Assembly (NCBI GenBank): GCA_965649765.1 | Contig: OZ287750.1 | Location: forward strand, 69,130,001-69,194,000 | DNA length: 64,000 nt | From: Bispira polyomma | Taxonomy: Eukaryota | Reading direction: 5' to 3' | Part shown: one piece after another, positions 48,800-62,420 of the stretch | Numbering within the stretch: position 1 is the stretch's first letter | How the letters are laid out: each line of letters opens with the position of its first letter | Made by a program: the position numbers and the translations under genes | The notes under the pieces: generated by a model | What the model was told of the DNA's origin: nothing | Seen by the model: only the letters and a program-made list of their open reading frames with translations | The model's database searches: none

Positions 48800-51700
48800 G
48801 ACTTTGTAAAGAACAGAAATGGTGGTACTAAGGTGCATTTTAATCACATACAGCATGGCACAAGACATGCTGACAAGTTCTTTTATAGTAAGGACGTCAA
48901 GAGAAATGAAGTAGAAAGTTTAATAGCTCGCCCTTTGCAAAGCATTATCTGCACGTTTGGGGCTGTTATGTGTAATACAAAAGCCAGGTCGTATGCTAGC
49001 GTGGTTAAGACTAGGGCTAGAGATATTGGCGGGAAAGGTAGTACAGAAAAACACAAAATATACGCACAGCGTGTCAAAAATTCTAAGGTGAGCTTGCACA
49101 AGGCAGGTATTAATGTCAAAACACAACCACTTGTCCCAGTACGGGAAAAACGTGACAACAGCAGAATTGAAAGAGGGGAACTCCCCCCTCAGCGAGTGAA
49201 ACAATGCGCCCTCGAGAACAATGCAGCGGCCGAGAAAACAAGGCTTTTGTTTGATATAAATGGCATGCCAGAGGATAAGTTTATACACTCGATATTGTTT
49301 AATGACAATGGGTCTAAGTCTAAACAAGTAGTTGGGGATTGTGACAGTTTCACAAAGTTCACTCAACAATCAGAATTTCAATTCGGGTTCATTCCAATGA
49401 CTGAACCAACACTACCAAATAAGACAGGCACTAACAATACAAACATTGAGTGTCAATTCAATTACACCATGAGGTAAAGAAAAGGGGTAAGCCTAATTTC
49501 ATGGGGGCTCGTATTCCAGTGGTGTCACAATGAAATACAAAACAATGGAAGTCCATGTTAAGTGATTACTGGGACCAACAGTTACTTGAATTAATTGAGT
49601 TTGGGTTCCCCTTGGGCTTTAATAGAAAATGTCAACTCAGGTGTGATGTTGACAATCACAAATCTGCTATTGAATACCCCAAAGATGTGGAGGTCTATTT
49701 AGATGAAGAAAAGCGGCACGGCCATAATAATTCACAAAAAATCCTATCGAGAATGGTCACCACTCCCCATTTATGACCAGAAACAAACCAAATTCAGACA
49801 ATAGGCGTGTCATTATAGACTTGAGTTGGCCAAAAGGTAATTCAGTAAATGCAGGAGTGGAGAAAGACAGCTATTTAGGTGATTTTAAGCTTAGCTTTCC
49901 TACTATCGACGACTTAACAAAAGAGTTAACCAAATTAGGTAAAGGCGCTCATATTTACAAGCTGGACGTGAGCCGCGCATTTCGACACTTAAAAATAGAT
50001 CCCATGGATTATGACCTGCTAGGATTAAATTGGAAAGGTACATACATAGATATGTGCCTATCATTTGGCAGTAGGCACGGAAGCCAGTTTTTTCAACGCA
50101 TCAGTGATGCAGTGCGTTACGTCATGCGTCAGCGTGGGCACAGCGTCATTAACTACATCGACGACTTTTTAGGGTACGGTACGCCCACGTCAGCAAAAAG
50201 ATCGTTTGAATATTTGTATGACACAATGGAGAAATTAGGACTTACCATAAGGCAGAAAAAATTAGTGGCTCCATCCACCAAAACGATTTGTCTGGGTATA
50301 CTCATTGACACAGTGCAGGGCACAGTTTCCATACCCGAAGAAAAATTAGAATAAATTAGAACCACAGTACGTCAGTGGCAAAACAAAACGCATTGTACCA
50401 AAAGACAGTTACAATCATTACTGGGTCAGCTACTTTATATCCATAAGTGCGTAAAGCCGGCCAGGTGTTTCCTAAATCGAATGTTGGAACTGCTTAGGGG
50501 CATTGCAAACCCAAATAGAGTAATGATTACAGAAGATTTCAAACGCGATCTCAGGTGGTTTGATAGGTTTCCACCTTTGTACAATGGGGTGTCCATGTAT
50601 GGACATAAGGTCATTGATCAAACATTGGAGCTAGATGCCTGCTTGTATGGGTTAGGTGGCAGATGGAGACATCTGGTTTACCACCTCCCCATTCCACTGA
50701 ATTTTGAAAGTCTTGGAATTGTTCACCTTGAAATGATCAACATAGTGGTAGCCTTAAAGTTATACAAAAATTACTGGAAAGGTACTAAGGTCCTTATCAA
50801 ATGTGATAACCAAGCAGTCGTGAGTGTATTAAAATCTGGTAGGGCAAAAGACCCATATCTATCAGCGTGTGCTCGCAACATTTGGTATATGGCAGCCGCA
50901 GCAGATATTGACGTCCAATACATACACGTAATGGGTAAAGACAATAGAATCGCCGACCTTTTGTCACGATGGAAAAATTCAGTAAATAATGTACAAGAAT
51001 TGAATTCATTAGTAGAAAATCCAGTTTGGTCAGCAACTTCCATAGAGCTAACTCAAATTGACAATACGTAAATTAACAGATACTATGCTTTATTTTGTAG
51101 AAACTGGAGCAGTGCGGGGGTTACAGACAAAGGCCCACAAGAGATTGCACACTGCGTTCAGACCTAAAACCAGGTGTTGTTATCAAAGTCTATTCAAGAC
51201 ATTTGTGGCGTTTTGCCTGTGTGTGAATGTAGCTTTAGAAGATTTCAATGTCAATGACATTATGTCATTTTTAGAGTACTTAGTTGTAAATAAAGTGTCA
51301 GTTTATATGGTGGCGAATTACGTCGCAGCAATTAAAGCTATGTGTATTGTACATGATCTACAGTTTCAATTATTTGATCATCCAAAAATTAAATATTTTA
51401 TCAAGTCATTAAAAATTAACAGACCGCATACTATAGTAAAAAGGAATGTCATGGATGTGGACACGTTGAAGAATTTGATAACTCAGTCTACACACATTCG
51501 TGACTCTCAGGTATACAAAGCTATATTCTTAACAGGATTCTTTGGTTTTCTGAGATTATCAAACATAGCCCCTCATGCTGTCAGGCAATTTGACGTAACA
51601 AGACACCTGACAGGTGCTGATGTGTTCTTTGAGAAAAACGCAGTGAAAATACTTTTGAAGTGGACAAAAACCATTCAAAGTAGGGATAAAGTCCAAATTC

Positions 51701-52140
51701 TTACCTTGCCTCGTCTAGGCTCGGCTTCCATCTGTCCATATGCGGCTCTAAAACGACTATATAAGTTGTATAATCCTGGTAAGAATGACCCTTTGTTCCA
51801 ATGTAACACAGCTCAGGGCTGGCAGGTAATAACGGACTCAAGAGTCAGAAAAAATCTAGCATTACTCAATCGTAAGATGGGATTCCCATCTAATTACTAT
51901 ACTTTTCACGCATTCCGACGTTCAGGGGCCACTCTAGCGTATAAGGCGCATGTTCCTTTACAGCAAATCAAAGAGCATGGCATCTGGACATCGGATTACG
52001 TCTGGACTTACATTCAGTCAAATTCTGGTACCACTGAGGTGGCCTCTACCTTCCAGCACCTGCTAAATGTTATATAATGCTCATACTCCTATGTTTGGGT
52101 TTGAGGCTTTTATATATGAATGTATCATGAAATAAACGTT
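48800..52140 (+). mobile_element. DIRS-group (tyrosine recombinase) retrotransposon 1: RT-RNase H + YR
   Basis: FGFPLGF, RVIIDLSWP, KLDVSRAFRHL, FGSRHG, YIDDFLG, LELDAC, HLEMINI, KCDNQAVV, N.IADLLSR, followed by an overlapping YR ORF. Pol is broken by stops and frameshifts. Ends not defined. Confidence 0.9.
51085..52077 (+). CDS. tyrosine recombinase of DIRS-group element 1 (uninterrupted)
   Basis: FFGFLRLSN (R), KWTKT (K), FHAFRRSGAT (HxxR), HGIWTSD (W), VWTYI (Y). Confidence 0.9.
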   Translation: MLYFVETGAVRGLQTKAHKRLHTAFRPKTRCCYQSLFKTFVAFCLCVNVALEDFNVNDIMSFLEYLVVNKVSVYMVANYVAAIKAMCIVHDLQFQLFDHPKIKYFIKSLKINRPHTIVKRNVMDVDTLKNLITQSTHIRDSQVYKAIFLTGFFGFLRLSNIAPHAVRQFDVTRHLTGADVFFEKNAVKILLKWTKTIQSRDKVQILTLPRLGSASICPYAALKRLYKLYNPGKNDPLFQCNTAQGWQVITDSRVRKNLALLNRKMGFPSNYYTFHAFRRSGATLAYKAHVPLQQIKEHGIWTSDYVWTYIQSNSGTTEVASTFQHLLNVI

Positions 52141-52806
52141 TGTGTGCAAGTTTAGGTCAACTTAAACTAAAACTCTTTTAAAAATTCATAAAGGCCCCTT
52201 CAGATTAGGGTCATCTAAATCTTAGTTTAAGAGCACCAGCAAACTTAAACTGTAACTTAAAACTGTAAATTTTAACCAATTTCTTCAAACTCAAGTTAAG
52301 TTTTAACTTAAACTCAAAGTTGGTTTAAGGTGACCTTTACTTATAAAGTTATAGATTGTAATTGTTTAAGTCATGTTATATAACTCATTAAAGAAATGTA
52401 CATAAATCGTAGAATAGAAATTTATTTTACAATATATACACTTATATATAATAAAGATTATATACCCTCATTGCATTTATCATTGACTTGGGAGTGTTGG
52501 GGACTGGTGACTATAAACTCAGAATGCTAGTAAATTTGATGCTAAATGATCTATTCTCTCTCTCTGGGTTTACTAATTGCAGTACTATTGAAATGCAAGG
52601 TAATATTTTGTACAGTTTCAGGTGGTGTATTCATGGTAATTTGTAGCTGTAGGTTTAATATTAGTGTAAGGGCCCGGTCTCATTCAGATAAATGTTTGGC
52701 AGTATTCATTGCATCTAGCATGTAAATGTTCGGCAGTATTCATTGCAGCTAGCAAATCCTGCTTTCTGGGCTTTTGTCCACGAACAGAAGAAAATGACTT
52801 CAAACG

Positions 52807-53460
52807 TATTATTATTATGAATTTTTAACACGCTTTATTGATTCTAGGCATCTTCTAAAGCGCAACAGCAGAATCATTGATCCAATCGTAAAGTACATGA
52901 GCACACTTTGGGGTTAGGGGGGTATTGATGCTAGGCATCTTCTAAAGCGCAACAGCAGAATCATTGATCCAATTGTAAAGTATATGGGCAGAGCAAAGCC
53001 ATAAGGCAAGATGTGGAAGCGTGCATGAGGGAAGCTATCGTAGGTAGGCACAGTTAAAAAGATAGGTTTCAAGCTTTTTCCTAAAATTGATGAGTGTATC
53101 AACTGATCTGAGGTAAACTGGGAGACTGTTCCATAACAAGGGAGCTGCAATGGTAAAAGCTCCGGATCACGCCTTCCCAATGGGTCTGACCGAAGAAACA
53201 GAGAGTCTGTTGCCTATCTTACGGTTACTGAAAGAGAGAAAGGAAGTAAGGTAGGAGGGTTGTCGAGTGACTACAGCCTTAAAAGTGGTGATGTGAATTT
53301 TGAACAAAATTCAAGAGTGAATAGGCAGCTAGTGTAATTTTGTGAGGTAAGGAGTGATATCAGTGCTCCCACCAAGGCGAAACATTACCCTACATAGGTA
53401 GTTTTAAATGGACTGGAGCTTTTTAATCTGTAACTTGTTTACTCTGAACAGAAGAGACTC
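52807..53460 (-). mobile_element. 5'-truncated copy of the element D (L2-type) family with duplicated 3' stem-loop
   Basis: Reverse complement is highly similar to ~32090-32660, with a (TAA)n tail at ~52807. CATCTTCTAAAGCGCAACAGCAGAATC occurs twice. Confidence 0.85.
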
Positions 53461-56400
53461 ACTGATTGATATAAAGACGTTTGTTGAGCGTTCGTAATGG
53501 CCATCTGTGTAAATGAGACCTAAGGTAGAACATAAAATATCATCAATTATTTTTGAGTTTCATTAGTTTGGATAAAATGATCAGTATAGGGGAGTTTATC
53601 TTGCAAAGATAATACATGGAGTTTGGAGTTTTTTTCCTGTTTTCGTTACATGTATTTTCAGTCACCACCGACCTTTAATTACAGCTGCTTATATCCACAC
53701 ACTCTCACATTATTCTGAGAACCTCATTAATAAGTATTCTTCATACAACATGAGTTACCTTGATTAGCAATTTTAATAGTATTTTTACTAACATGTGTTT
53801 CTTTTAAGGTTCTACCTGATATTGACTGCTGTTGTAAGTTTGATCTTTGGTAGATTAACACTGGCTATGGTTCAAATATTTTGTTTCAAAGGGGAAAAGA
53901 AACCAAGACCCATGTAATATGGAGAAAATCAATTGGCATATGCTAAAAACAAAATACACTAAAAGCTAAAAATTATTATTAAATTCATGTAGATGTGACA
54001 TTAAAGTTATTTTACTCATTCATATCTTTATTAAGATCGGAGGCTCAATATAATATAGACGAGAAACTTTGGTGGCACATGTCCCCACAACAGCCTCGAT
54101 GTGAGAGTGCAAAACAGAGGTCAATAAATTAGTACTCCTAACAAATGGCATTCTTTTCTTTAAAGAACTGGAGCTTGATTTATTTTATTGCCATAAATCA
54201 ACTGTAATGTTAATGAGCTAAATGTTTATATAAGGCAGGTGGCAAAGGCTAATATTTTCCATTTGTATTCACTTAAATAAATTAGAGATCTCCTGTGTGA
54301 TCTATTTACAACAGTATATTAACGGCGTAGTTATATAGTGTCGTTTCAATTTTCATCCACAAGAATATATATCTGTGTACCTTGGTCCGAGTTCTTATTT
54401 CTATACATTTAGGAATTTAAAACTTAAGATATAGCCACATAGAGTTTAAATAAGTTACCCCATATAACTCTGTTGTTTGGGTTTGTACGGTCTAGTTATA
54501 ATGCTATAGATATATATGTGAATGTTTTCTCTTGCCAATTCAATCATCCAAACCACATCATGCATATGCCATTAGCTATTGTGGTGTATTTATATATTTC
54601 CACTCTTTTACAGATATCTCCTTTAAAAAGTTTATATTGAAATACTAAAAGCCTATACTTACACTACTAATACTTTCAAAATATTAAATACATTACAAGA
54701 GTTAGTTTTTGACCGCTTTATCTGGATTTTCAGATGTTGCAATACACAATTATAAAAGTCCTTTTTCAGCAATATGGACATTTCATCTGAAAGATGAAAT
54801 TGCATAAGAAAAGTATTGCATGTTAATGTGGCACATTTGTTTTACTCCCTGTGTTGCAGGTGACATGTAATGGAAATAATAATAGATACAACTATTAATA
54901 TTAATTAATTGTATACTAATATTAAATCACACTGCAATAGTACCGGAAAGAGGTTAGTTTTAATAATCCTAAAATCTGAATAGTCAATCAAAGATATTGT
55001 GCCTTTGAATTTGTCAATACAAAGATTCAGATATTTTAAGAGTTTGAATAAAATAGAATTCTATGGAGTGTGGTATTTACTATTAGAAGTAAAACTATTA
55101 GTATTACTCAGGCAGATGAAACTTATGACCATTGCACTGATCATAGATTTCAATGTTATTGTTTTTTAAATTCCACGAATTGGTATTTCGAGTCCATTCA
55201 AATGTTCAGATGTTAATTTAGAAGAACATGTGTACTATATGAGACATCTTATATGTTCTCTTTATTTGTCCACAAACACCTGCTAGAGGAGTCTCTGTAG
55301 ACGTCACCACACGCTACCTGGCATGGCCCTTCAGTCGTTAGAATTTACTGTATTTTTGTTTTATGTACTTTACTGTATTGATTTGTTACCTTAATGTTTT
55401 ATCAACACAAACACCAATTCAAACTAAGTAGTCAACAAATTGTTTACTTGGGGCTTTTGTCGCCTTTTCTTTGTGTATTCATTATCAAACTTGAAACCAC
55501 GCACTAAACATTAAACTTTTGCTTATGCTGGAAGCCACATTGGATTTTTAAAATATTAGTGCTTCATGTAAATCTTTAAAAATAAATTCCCAAACCTGCA
55601 TCTGACTTCTAAACTTTACAAAGGTCACATACCACTATGACACTACCAAGTTAAATGACGAGTCTGACATGGCAAGGTCAACTACTATGACCCTATACCT
55701 CATAGCTAATTATAAATGACTGTCAGTACTTGCAGTTCAAGGTAACTGGTATATATATATTTACATGGAAACTAGACCAAATGGGCCTATAAACAGAAAC
55801 CTGTGAAGTCATAATTTACGACATATAGATTTATATTACTAAATAGAGAATAAGTTCCCCAACCCCATTTTATTTAAATAATAAGAAAACTATCCTGTGT
55901 GAAACATATTTGTAAAGTTTATCCCAAGAGAAGACAACATTAAATACACCATATATAAACAAAAGGTAAGGATTTTTTACTTTAAATAATTAGCTTCAAA
56001 TAAAAAGTTGTACCACACTTAAAATCGGACTTTCTACATTAAAAGATCATATAAGGTAAAAAAAGTTGTATAATTGTAGGGATTAATTTGTTTCCAAAAA
56101 TTATATTAAAAACACCATTGCACATGAAAGTTCTATAATTTGAAGCAGTTAAACACAAATGACGTCACAGCAACAGTGTAAACCAAAAAGTACAGAATGG
56201 TTAACGTAAAGAATTAGCTTCAGAATCATATTGATAAAGGGGTAAAATTGAGTTTGTACCAGACCATTTCTTAAGGTTGATATTTTATATTAGCCATACT
56301 TTTTTACTTTTTGTTTGAATTATTATGTAAAATTGGCATTGAAAGCTTGCAATTTCCTGGCACAACTACACTTTTTGGTATACAGGGGGATATGACATTC

Positions 56401-56999
56401 TATACAGGAGGATATGACTCTATATCTAAACAGCAGGTAGGGCAGTAATTTATTCTGCCCCACCTTAAAATCATATAGGTAGAGCTATCACTATCCATTT
56501 TTCTGTCCCTGGACTAATCACATCTCTTCATTTGTCGCCTGACCAAGCTTTACCTGTGGACTCCACATTTGATTTAAAAGGTGACTTGTCAACATAAGGA
56601 AACTAAAATGTATCAACCCACGACCTCATATTACCTCAACTTCAATAAAGGTTTTCTCAATTTTGCGCTTCAGCAGCAACAAATGTTGTTTGGGGGTTAT
56701 GTTACTATATCAGTCACAACCTATTGGTGACTCATGTATTTTATTTGCGGTATATTTGTTTTACAAAAAAGTAGCAAATAATTTCAGTGGCAGGCGCGTG
56801 TATGCGTTTATCGTTACTTGCGGTGTATTTGTTTAAAATGAGAACTATTTTGATGTCATCTGGAGTATTTGGATAATATCTTAACTGAAGTTGGGACTCT
56901 GCTGTGGTTCTGATGCTGTGTTAAATTTTTTTGATAATAAATTTTGTTCCTGTGTTATACTGATGCTTATCACGGCAGTAAGTTTAAGATGACGAATGT

Positions 57000-59900
57000 T
57001 ACCAGAACAAAGTTTGGAAAGAAACTGACCAAAAACCATGTGACAGTGGGTAAACTCATAACTACAAGGGGCAGGCAGCATTTGTGGTGGAAGAAGTAGA
57101 GAGTAAGAAGAGACCAAAGTCTGGTATAGCCCAAGGGAATCGTACCTCTCGAGTGATGACTGATGCAATTGCCGAGTCTGGTGCTTTGTACGACACTGTT
57201 GAGAAGTCTGGTTCCCTGCCAGTTCCTGTCAGTAGTGTGCCTGAGTCTGCCTGTGTTGAGGTCTCAGATGTTCCAGTGGCAGCAAAAAAATCCCGGAAGG
57301 TAGGCAGCCCTATTTGCTGATTCTTCTGTAGATGCCGTGACGTGTGCTGTGTAAGATATGCAAGCTGTAAATTTACAAATGTTGCAATTAGTAGAATTAA
57401 ATTCTCACATTCAAGTTCTGAGGAAGTGGTAGCTGGTGGTGCTGGTCACATGGTGTCTGAATACTCTCGAACAGGTTATACCCCATAACATGGACAATTA
57501 GAAACTGGTATTTCTATTAGTGTGGACATATTCAACAAGAAGTCAACTAACAGCTGAGATTTCTAGAGGATACAGAGCATTCTGAGGAGAATGGTAAATC
57601 AAGTTTGCTGTCTCAGAAAAAAATAAAATCTGGCCAATTTCGGGTAGGGGGAGAGACCTCTTGTACTGAATTTGTCATTTGGCCTCATGATCTGTGTTTT
57701 ATCAGCTCTGATTGTAAACGAGTAATGTATGATAATTTAACAATGCTACAGTGGTTTTTAGGCTACACTCGTACTGTTTTACAAGAATCCGATACTCAGG
57801 CTCGAGCCAATATGCTAGTGTATGTTGACTTATTGCGAAATGCAATGGATCTAGGGTGGCCGGTAACAAAAGGGGCCCATAGGGTTGTGTTATGTTCAGT
57901 GGAGGATGGGGCATTAACTTGGTCAAATTTGGAAAAAAATTCAGGACATTAGACGTCTTTATGCACAACGCCACATAGTGAGTGATAATACTGGCCCCAA
58001 ACTCACCCAAAATAAAGCAGCCAACTTTGGCAAGAAGGTAGTTTGTGCTAAATACCAAACGGTACTTATAGTGTTGAAGCAGATCATAGAGTAAAAGGTG
58101 TACGGCTATGTTTTGTTTCACTTCTCTTAGTAGACCTTACCCTCATCATGAACAGGAATGTTTTCAGTAAAAATCAAAAACTGGCAAAACGGAGGGCTAA
58201 CTGGACCTCCACTAGTAGCACAGTAACTAGTTTAGGTGTGAATGGTGGGTTAGACCAGGGGTCGTCTCTCTACAATATGCCCATAAAAATTTACAATGAC
58301 ATTTGTTGTTTTAAGTTTAGTACAGAATATTGTATTGAGGCTTCAGTAACCTCACAGGTTTCGTGTATATGTGACTGTATTAATTATATCGATCATAGTA
58401 GTTTTGGTGTCGTTTAAACACCTGACTGGTCCAGTACTTGCAAAGCTAATGCTTCCAATGTAGTTACTGTTCGCTCTTTGAATACTATTAATACATATTA
58501 TTGTGGTGGTTCTGGTACCATTTCTGTTAGTAAAAATGCTGTTTTTCAAAGTATTGGTCAGTATTTATGTGACACTGTCAGTTTATATGCTCGCAGTTAT
58601 TATCTGCAGTATAAAAGCACCTGTAATTGTGCATATTGTTTGGTAAATATTTGGGGTCTAGTGTTGGCAGACCATAGTTGTATTTCGAGATTTTCAAGCC
58701 TCTCTTTGGATTTGAATTTAGATATTTAACGTCCACTCTAGTACCTGTTTAGGTTATATTGGGACGGGTAGTTGGAAACGCTGGAGGAAACACTGCATAC
58801 AGTTGATGAAGGTTCTGCACTGAAACCAGCGGCCCACAGTAAGGAACTACCACCTTTCCCGCATAGGCATCAACGCCGCCCAGAGACCAGTGATTGTGAA
58901 GCGCAATGCTTGCTAACCACTAGGCCACTGTGGCCCCAGCCTCTCTTTGGAAGCATTCAAAATTTTAGTTGACAGCAAACATAACTGTCTATCATTTGGT
59001 TTTGATTTGTCCAGACATACATGTGTAGGTGACCCCACAGGCGCACACTTTCCCACAGGTAGTAAATATGGTCAATATGTACATGGTTGTGTACCTAGTT
59101 TGAAAACGTATGCTCATAATATTTACAAAATATTTCCTTTTTATAAGGAATTTTCCAATTTGTGTTTAAATTTTGCTTGCAGTGTGGACAAGCTACCTAA
59201 TTATACTTTATGTGATGTAGTGGTTTCAGACATTCTTCGTTAAGACAATTGTATGGTAATTATAAGTTACAGCTGACTTATATTCTGTATTTCCGGTTGG
59301 TCATAAATTACTTCATGGTATAATTTGTAGTATTTATAATTCCTTTTTAGAATTTTATTCTTCACCCAATGAAATTGTTTACCTGGATGTGAAAATGCTG
59401 TCATATTATAGGTAGCATTAGACAATGGTGTTTTTTCTGTTACATCGGGCATTTGTGATATATTGGATCACAGTGCTAACTTATTGAACGGACTGTTATT
59501 ATGTTATTAGTATTGGTGTTTTTTAAGTCATCGTATGTTATAATATTTTTGGTGGTGGCAATACACATGGTATTTCATTATATGACTTCTGCATAGTGAT
59601 TATGTTTGCAGTTATGGTATCTTTACATTTTATCATGTTGGCAAAACATAGTATTGTTTTACACCATTCTGAGTGTGTATGTAAAAGTTAGTCACATTGC
59701 AAATGCTATTATTTGTAATGTTCTTTACCCTCCACATGTAAGTTTTGCCTTTACAGCTTATTCACCTTTACCTTTTACTGCGTCCATGGAGGTTAATGAC
59801 ATTGCTTATAATTCTCTGGTTGGCTTGTATAACATTGTTACTGACGTTGGGGGTACTTATGATTTCATTTATCCTCATATTCCAGTTTATTCTGGCCTTA

Positions 59901-62420
59901 ACATCACTAACTGGAAATACTATTTTAAGAATATAATGACCAACAGTTACTTTAGTTTCTGGAGTTTGGGTTTCCTTTGAGCATGAGTATGGTTTCTCAC
60001 TTGAAGTCAAAATACTATAATCACCCCAGCTCAGTCTTATGCTACACATATTAGTCACTATCTTAATAATAAAGTTAACCATGGAGCTATTGTAGGTCCT
60101 TATGCTATAGCTCCTATTAAAGCTTTTCATTCTTCACCAATGCTAACTCGGCATAAAGCTATTTATCATGGCCGCCAGGGGCTCCAGTTAACTCTATTAT
60201 TGCCAAAGATGTGTTTCTTTATGGCTTAATATACCTTACTTATCTTAGCATTCATCCAATGGTTGACCATGTTAAGCAGATGTCTGTTACTGGTGACTGT
60301 TATATTTTCAAGGCGGATTTAGAACAAGCTTTTAGAAATTTGCATGTAGACCCACATGGTTATTATCATTCAGGTTTATATTTTGAGGGTAGCTATTACA
60401 TTGACACTGCGGTCCCCTTTGGCCTCAGGCATGGAAGTACTTTTTGTCAGAGAATGACAGATTCTATAAGGCATCTTATGACCTTGAGAGGTTATACTGT
60501 GTGGAATTACTCTGATATTATTGGTATTCTTGATGCGTTAGAAAAATCAACTGAAGCAGTTATTGTTACGCTTGCTGTCACACTTAGGGTTGCCAATTAG
60601 CAGTAATAAGATAGAACCACCTGGTAAGGTGGTCACTTGTCTTGGTATTAAATTTGATGTATTACAAGGTTGCATTCACATTCCTACTGTTAAGCTTACT
60701 GAAATTGTAGATTTGTGTGCTGCTTGCTCTAGCAAGTCTAAGTCAACTAAAACTCAATTGCAATCAATTTTGGATAAATTGTTGTATATCAGTTGATGTG
60801 TTAAACCTGCTTGGCTCTTTGTAAATTGTATGTTTGCCTTATTGCGTAAGGCTCCTGATGAAGGGTCTATTGTGCTTACTAAGGACTTTAAGTCAGATCT
60901 TGCATGGTTTGATGTTTTTCTTACTAAATTTAATGGGGTAGTGGTGTTTCATGATGATAACACTATTGATCATCATATTTATGTAGGCGCTTGTTTAACT
61001 GGTATTGGTGCTGCGTAAAACAATTGCTGTTATCAATTGGGTCTACCAATGTTGTATTTTGCCTTAAATATTGCTTATTTATAACTACTTAATGTGTTAG
61101 TAGCATTACATACTTAGTGTTCAATTTTAAGTCACACACATATTGTTATTCATTGTGATAATATGGCTGTGGTGCAGACCTTGAATTACTACAAGGCACA
61201 TTCCTGGTCAGGATAATAAGTTAGCAGATGCTCTCTCACATGTTCGAGTGGCATCTGATATGCAAAGTATTCTTGTAAAATGGCCTGCTTTGCAGGTATC
61301 TAATGTCTCTGTTGAGGTACTAGAACTTAATACCGATATTTAATTTGTGTTTCACGTTATAATAATGGACTAAACGGCCTTATTCATGCTGTAAATAATC
61401 GGGCTACATTAGCCTTTTGACCTCGCATGAAGAAGTTATATCATTACATATTTAAGAAGTTTATTACTTTCTGTGTCACACATGGTGTGACCTTGGTTCG
61501 GGTTACATTTTCAGTTCTCATGGCTTCCATTGAAAATTTAACACAGTCAGGTTTAGCTTATCCTACTATTGTTAATTATATCAGTGCTTTGAAGCATTCT
61601 TTTACTAGATTTCACTTGCCAGTCCACATCTTTGAGGATGTGAGAGTATCTCGCCTTATAAAGGCTAATGACAATACTGTTGTTAGACATCCTGTCGTCA
61701 AAAATGTTTTTATTATTAATCAACTTCGACATTTGCTCTTCTGTGCCTCATGTCCTTATCTTTAAGGCAGTTTTCTTAACAGCTTTCTTTTTTCTTTTTT
61801 TTTTAGAATTAGTAATTTATTTTCTACTACTAGTTCAGTCTATGATAAGCATAGATTGTTTTTATGGCAAGATGTCAGTTTTCATAAAAACCATTGTGTA
61901 CTTAAGTTAAAGTGGTCTAAAACATTACAAAGCAGAGCTACTGCTGAAAATATTTAACTTCCTCATTTGAGGATCTTACATTGTGCCCTGTATCAGCCCT
62001 TAAGGCTATGTTCCTAAAATTTCCTGTTTCTCAGGATTCTCCTCTCTTTGTGTTTTCTACATCACATGGTTACATTCCTCTGACTCAGGTCAGAGCCCAG
62101 GCTATCCTTAAAGCCCTAGTTGGTTCTATGGAGTTGGATTATGATACTTTGGGTTTTCATGCTTTTTGAAGGTCTGGGGTATCTTTTCTGTATCAGGACA
62201 ACATCCCCCTTACTCATCTACAATCACATGGAACGTGGCATTCAGATGCCATATGTTCTTATCTCACCACCTCTTCTACAGCTGGTGTGGTACTCCAAGC
62301 ATTCCAATCTCTTATTTTAAAAAAATATTGCTTTTGCTTGGCTTGGGGTTATATTGTATTCTAAACATTCATTTATGATGACTAATATTGTCAATATTAA
62401 CCATATTAACCATATTAAAG
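57000..62420 (+). mobile_element. DIRS-group retrotransposon 2, heavily decayed (gag-like, RT-RNase H, YR)
   Basis: Gag-like KSG..R..WPHD..YDNLT..QW..GY (57605); KADLEQAFRNL..PFGLRHGS (60211); ACLTGIG; YR with CPVSAL..GFHAF*RSG..HGTWHSDA. Many stops. Confidence 0.85.
58745..58937 (-). mobile_element. tRNA-derived SINE inserted in DIRS element 2
   Basis: Minus strand GGGGCCACAGTGGCCTAGTGGTTAG A-box, then GGGAAAGGTGGTAG core similar to the SINE at 11936. Confidence 0.65.

Noticed and set aside
9225-60870. Hammerhead ribozymes at CTGATGA sites (e.g. ~9228, ~17121, ~60855)
   Set aside because: No matching GAAA core with three flanking helices was found by eye.
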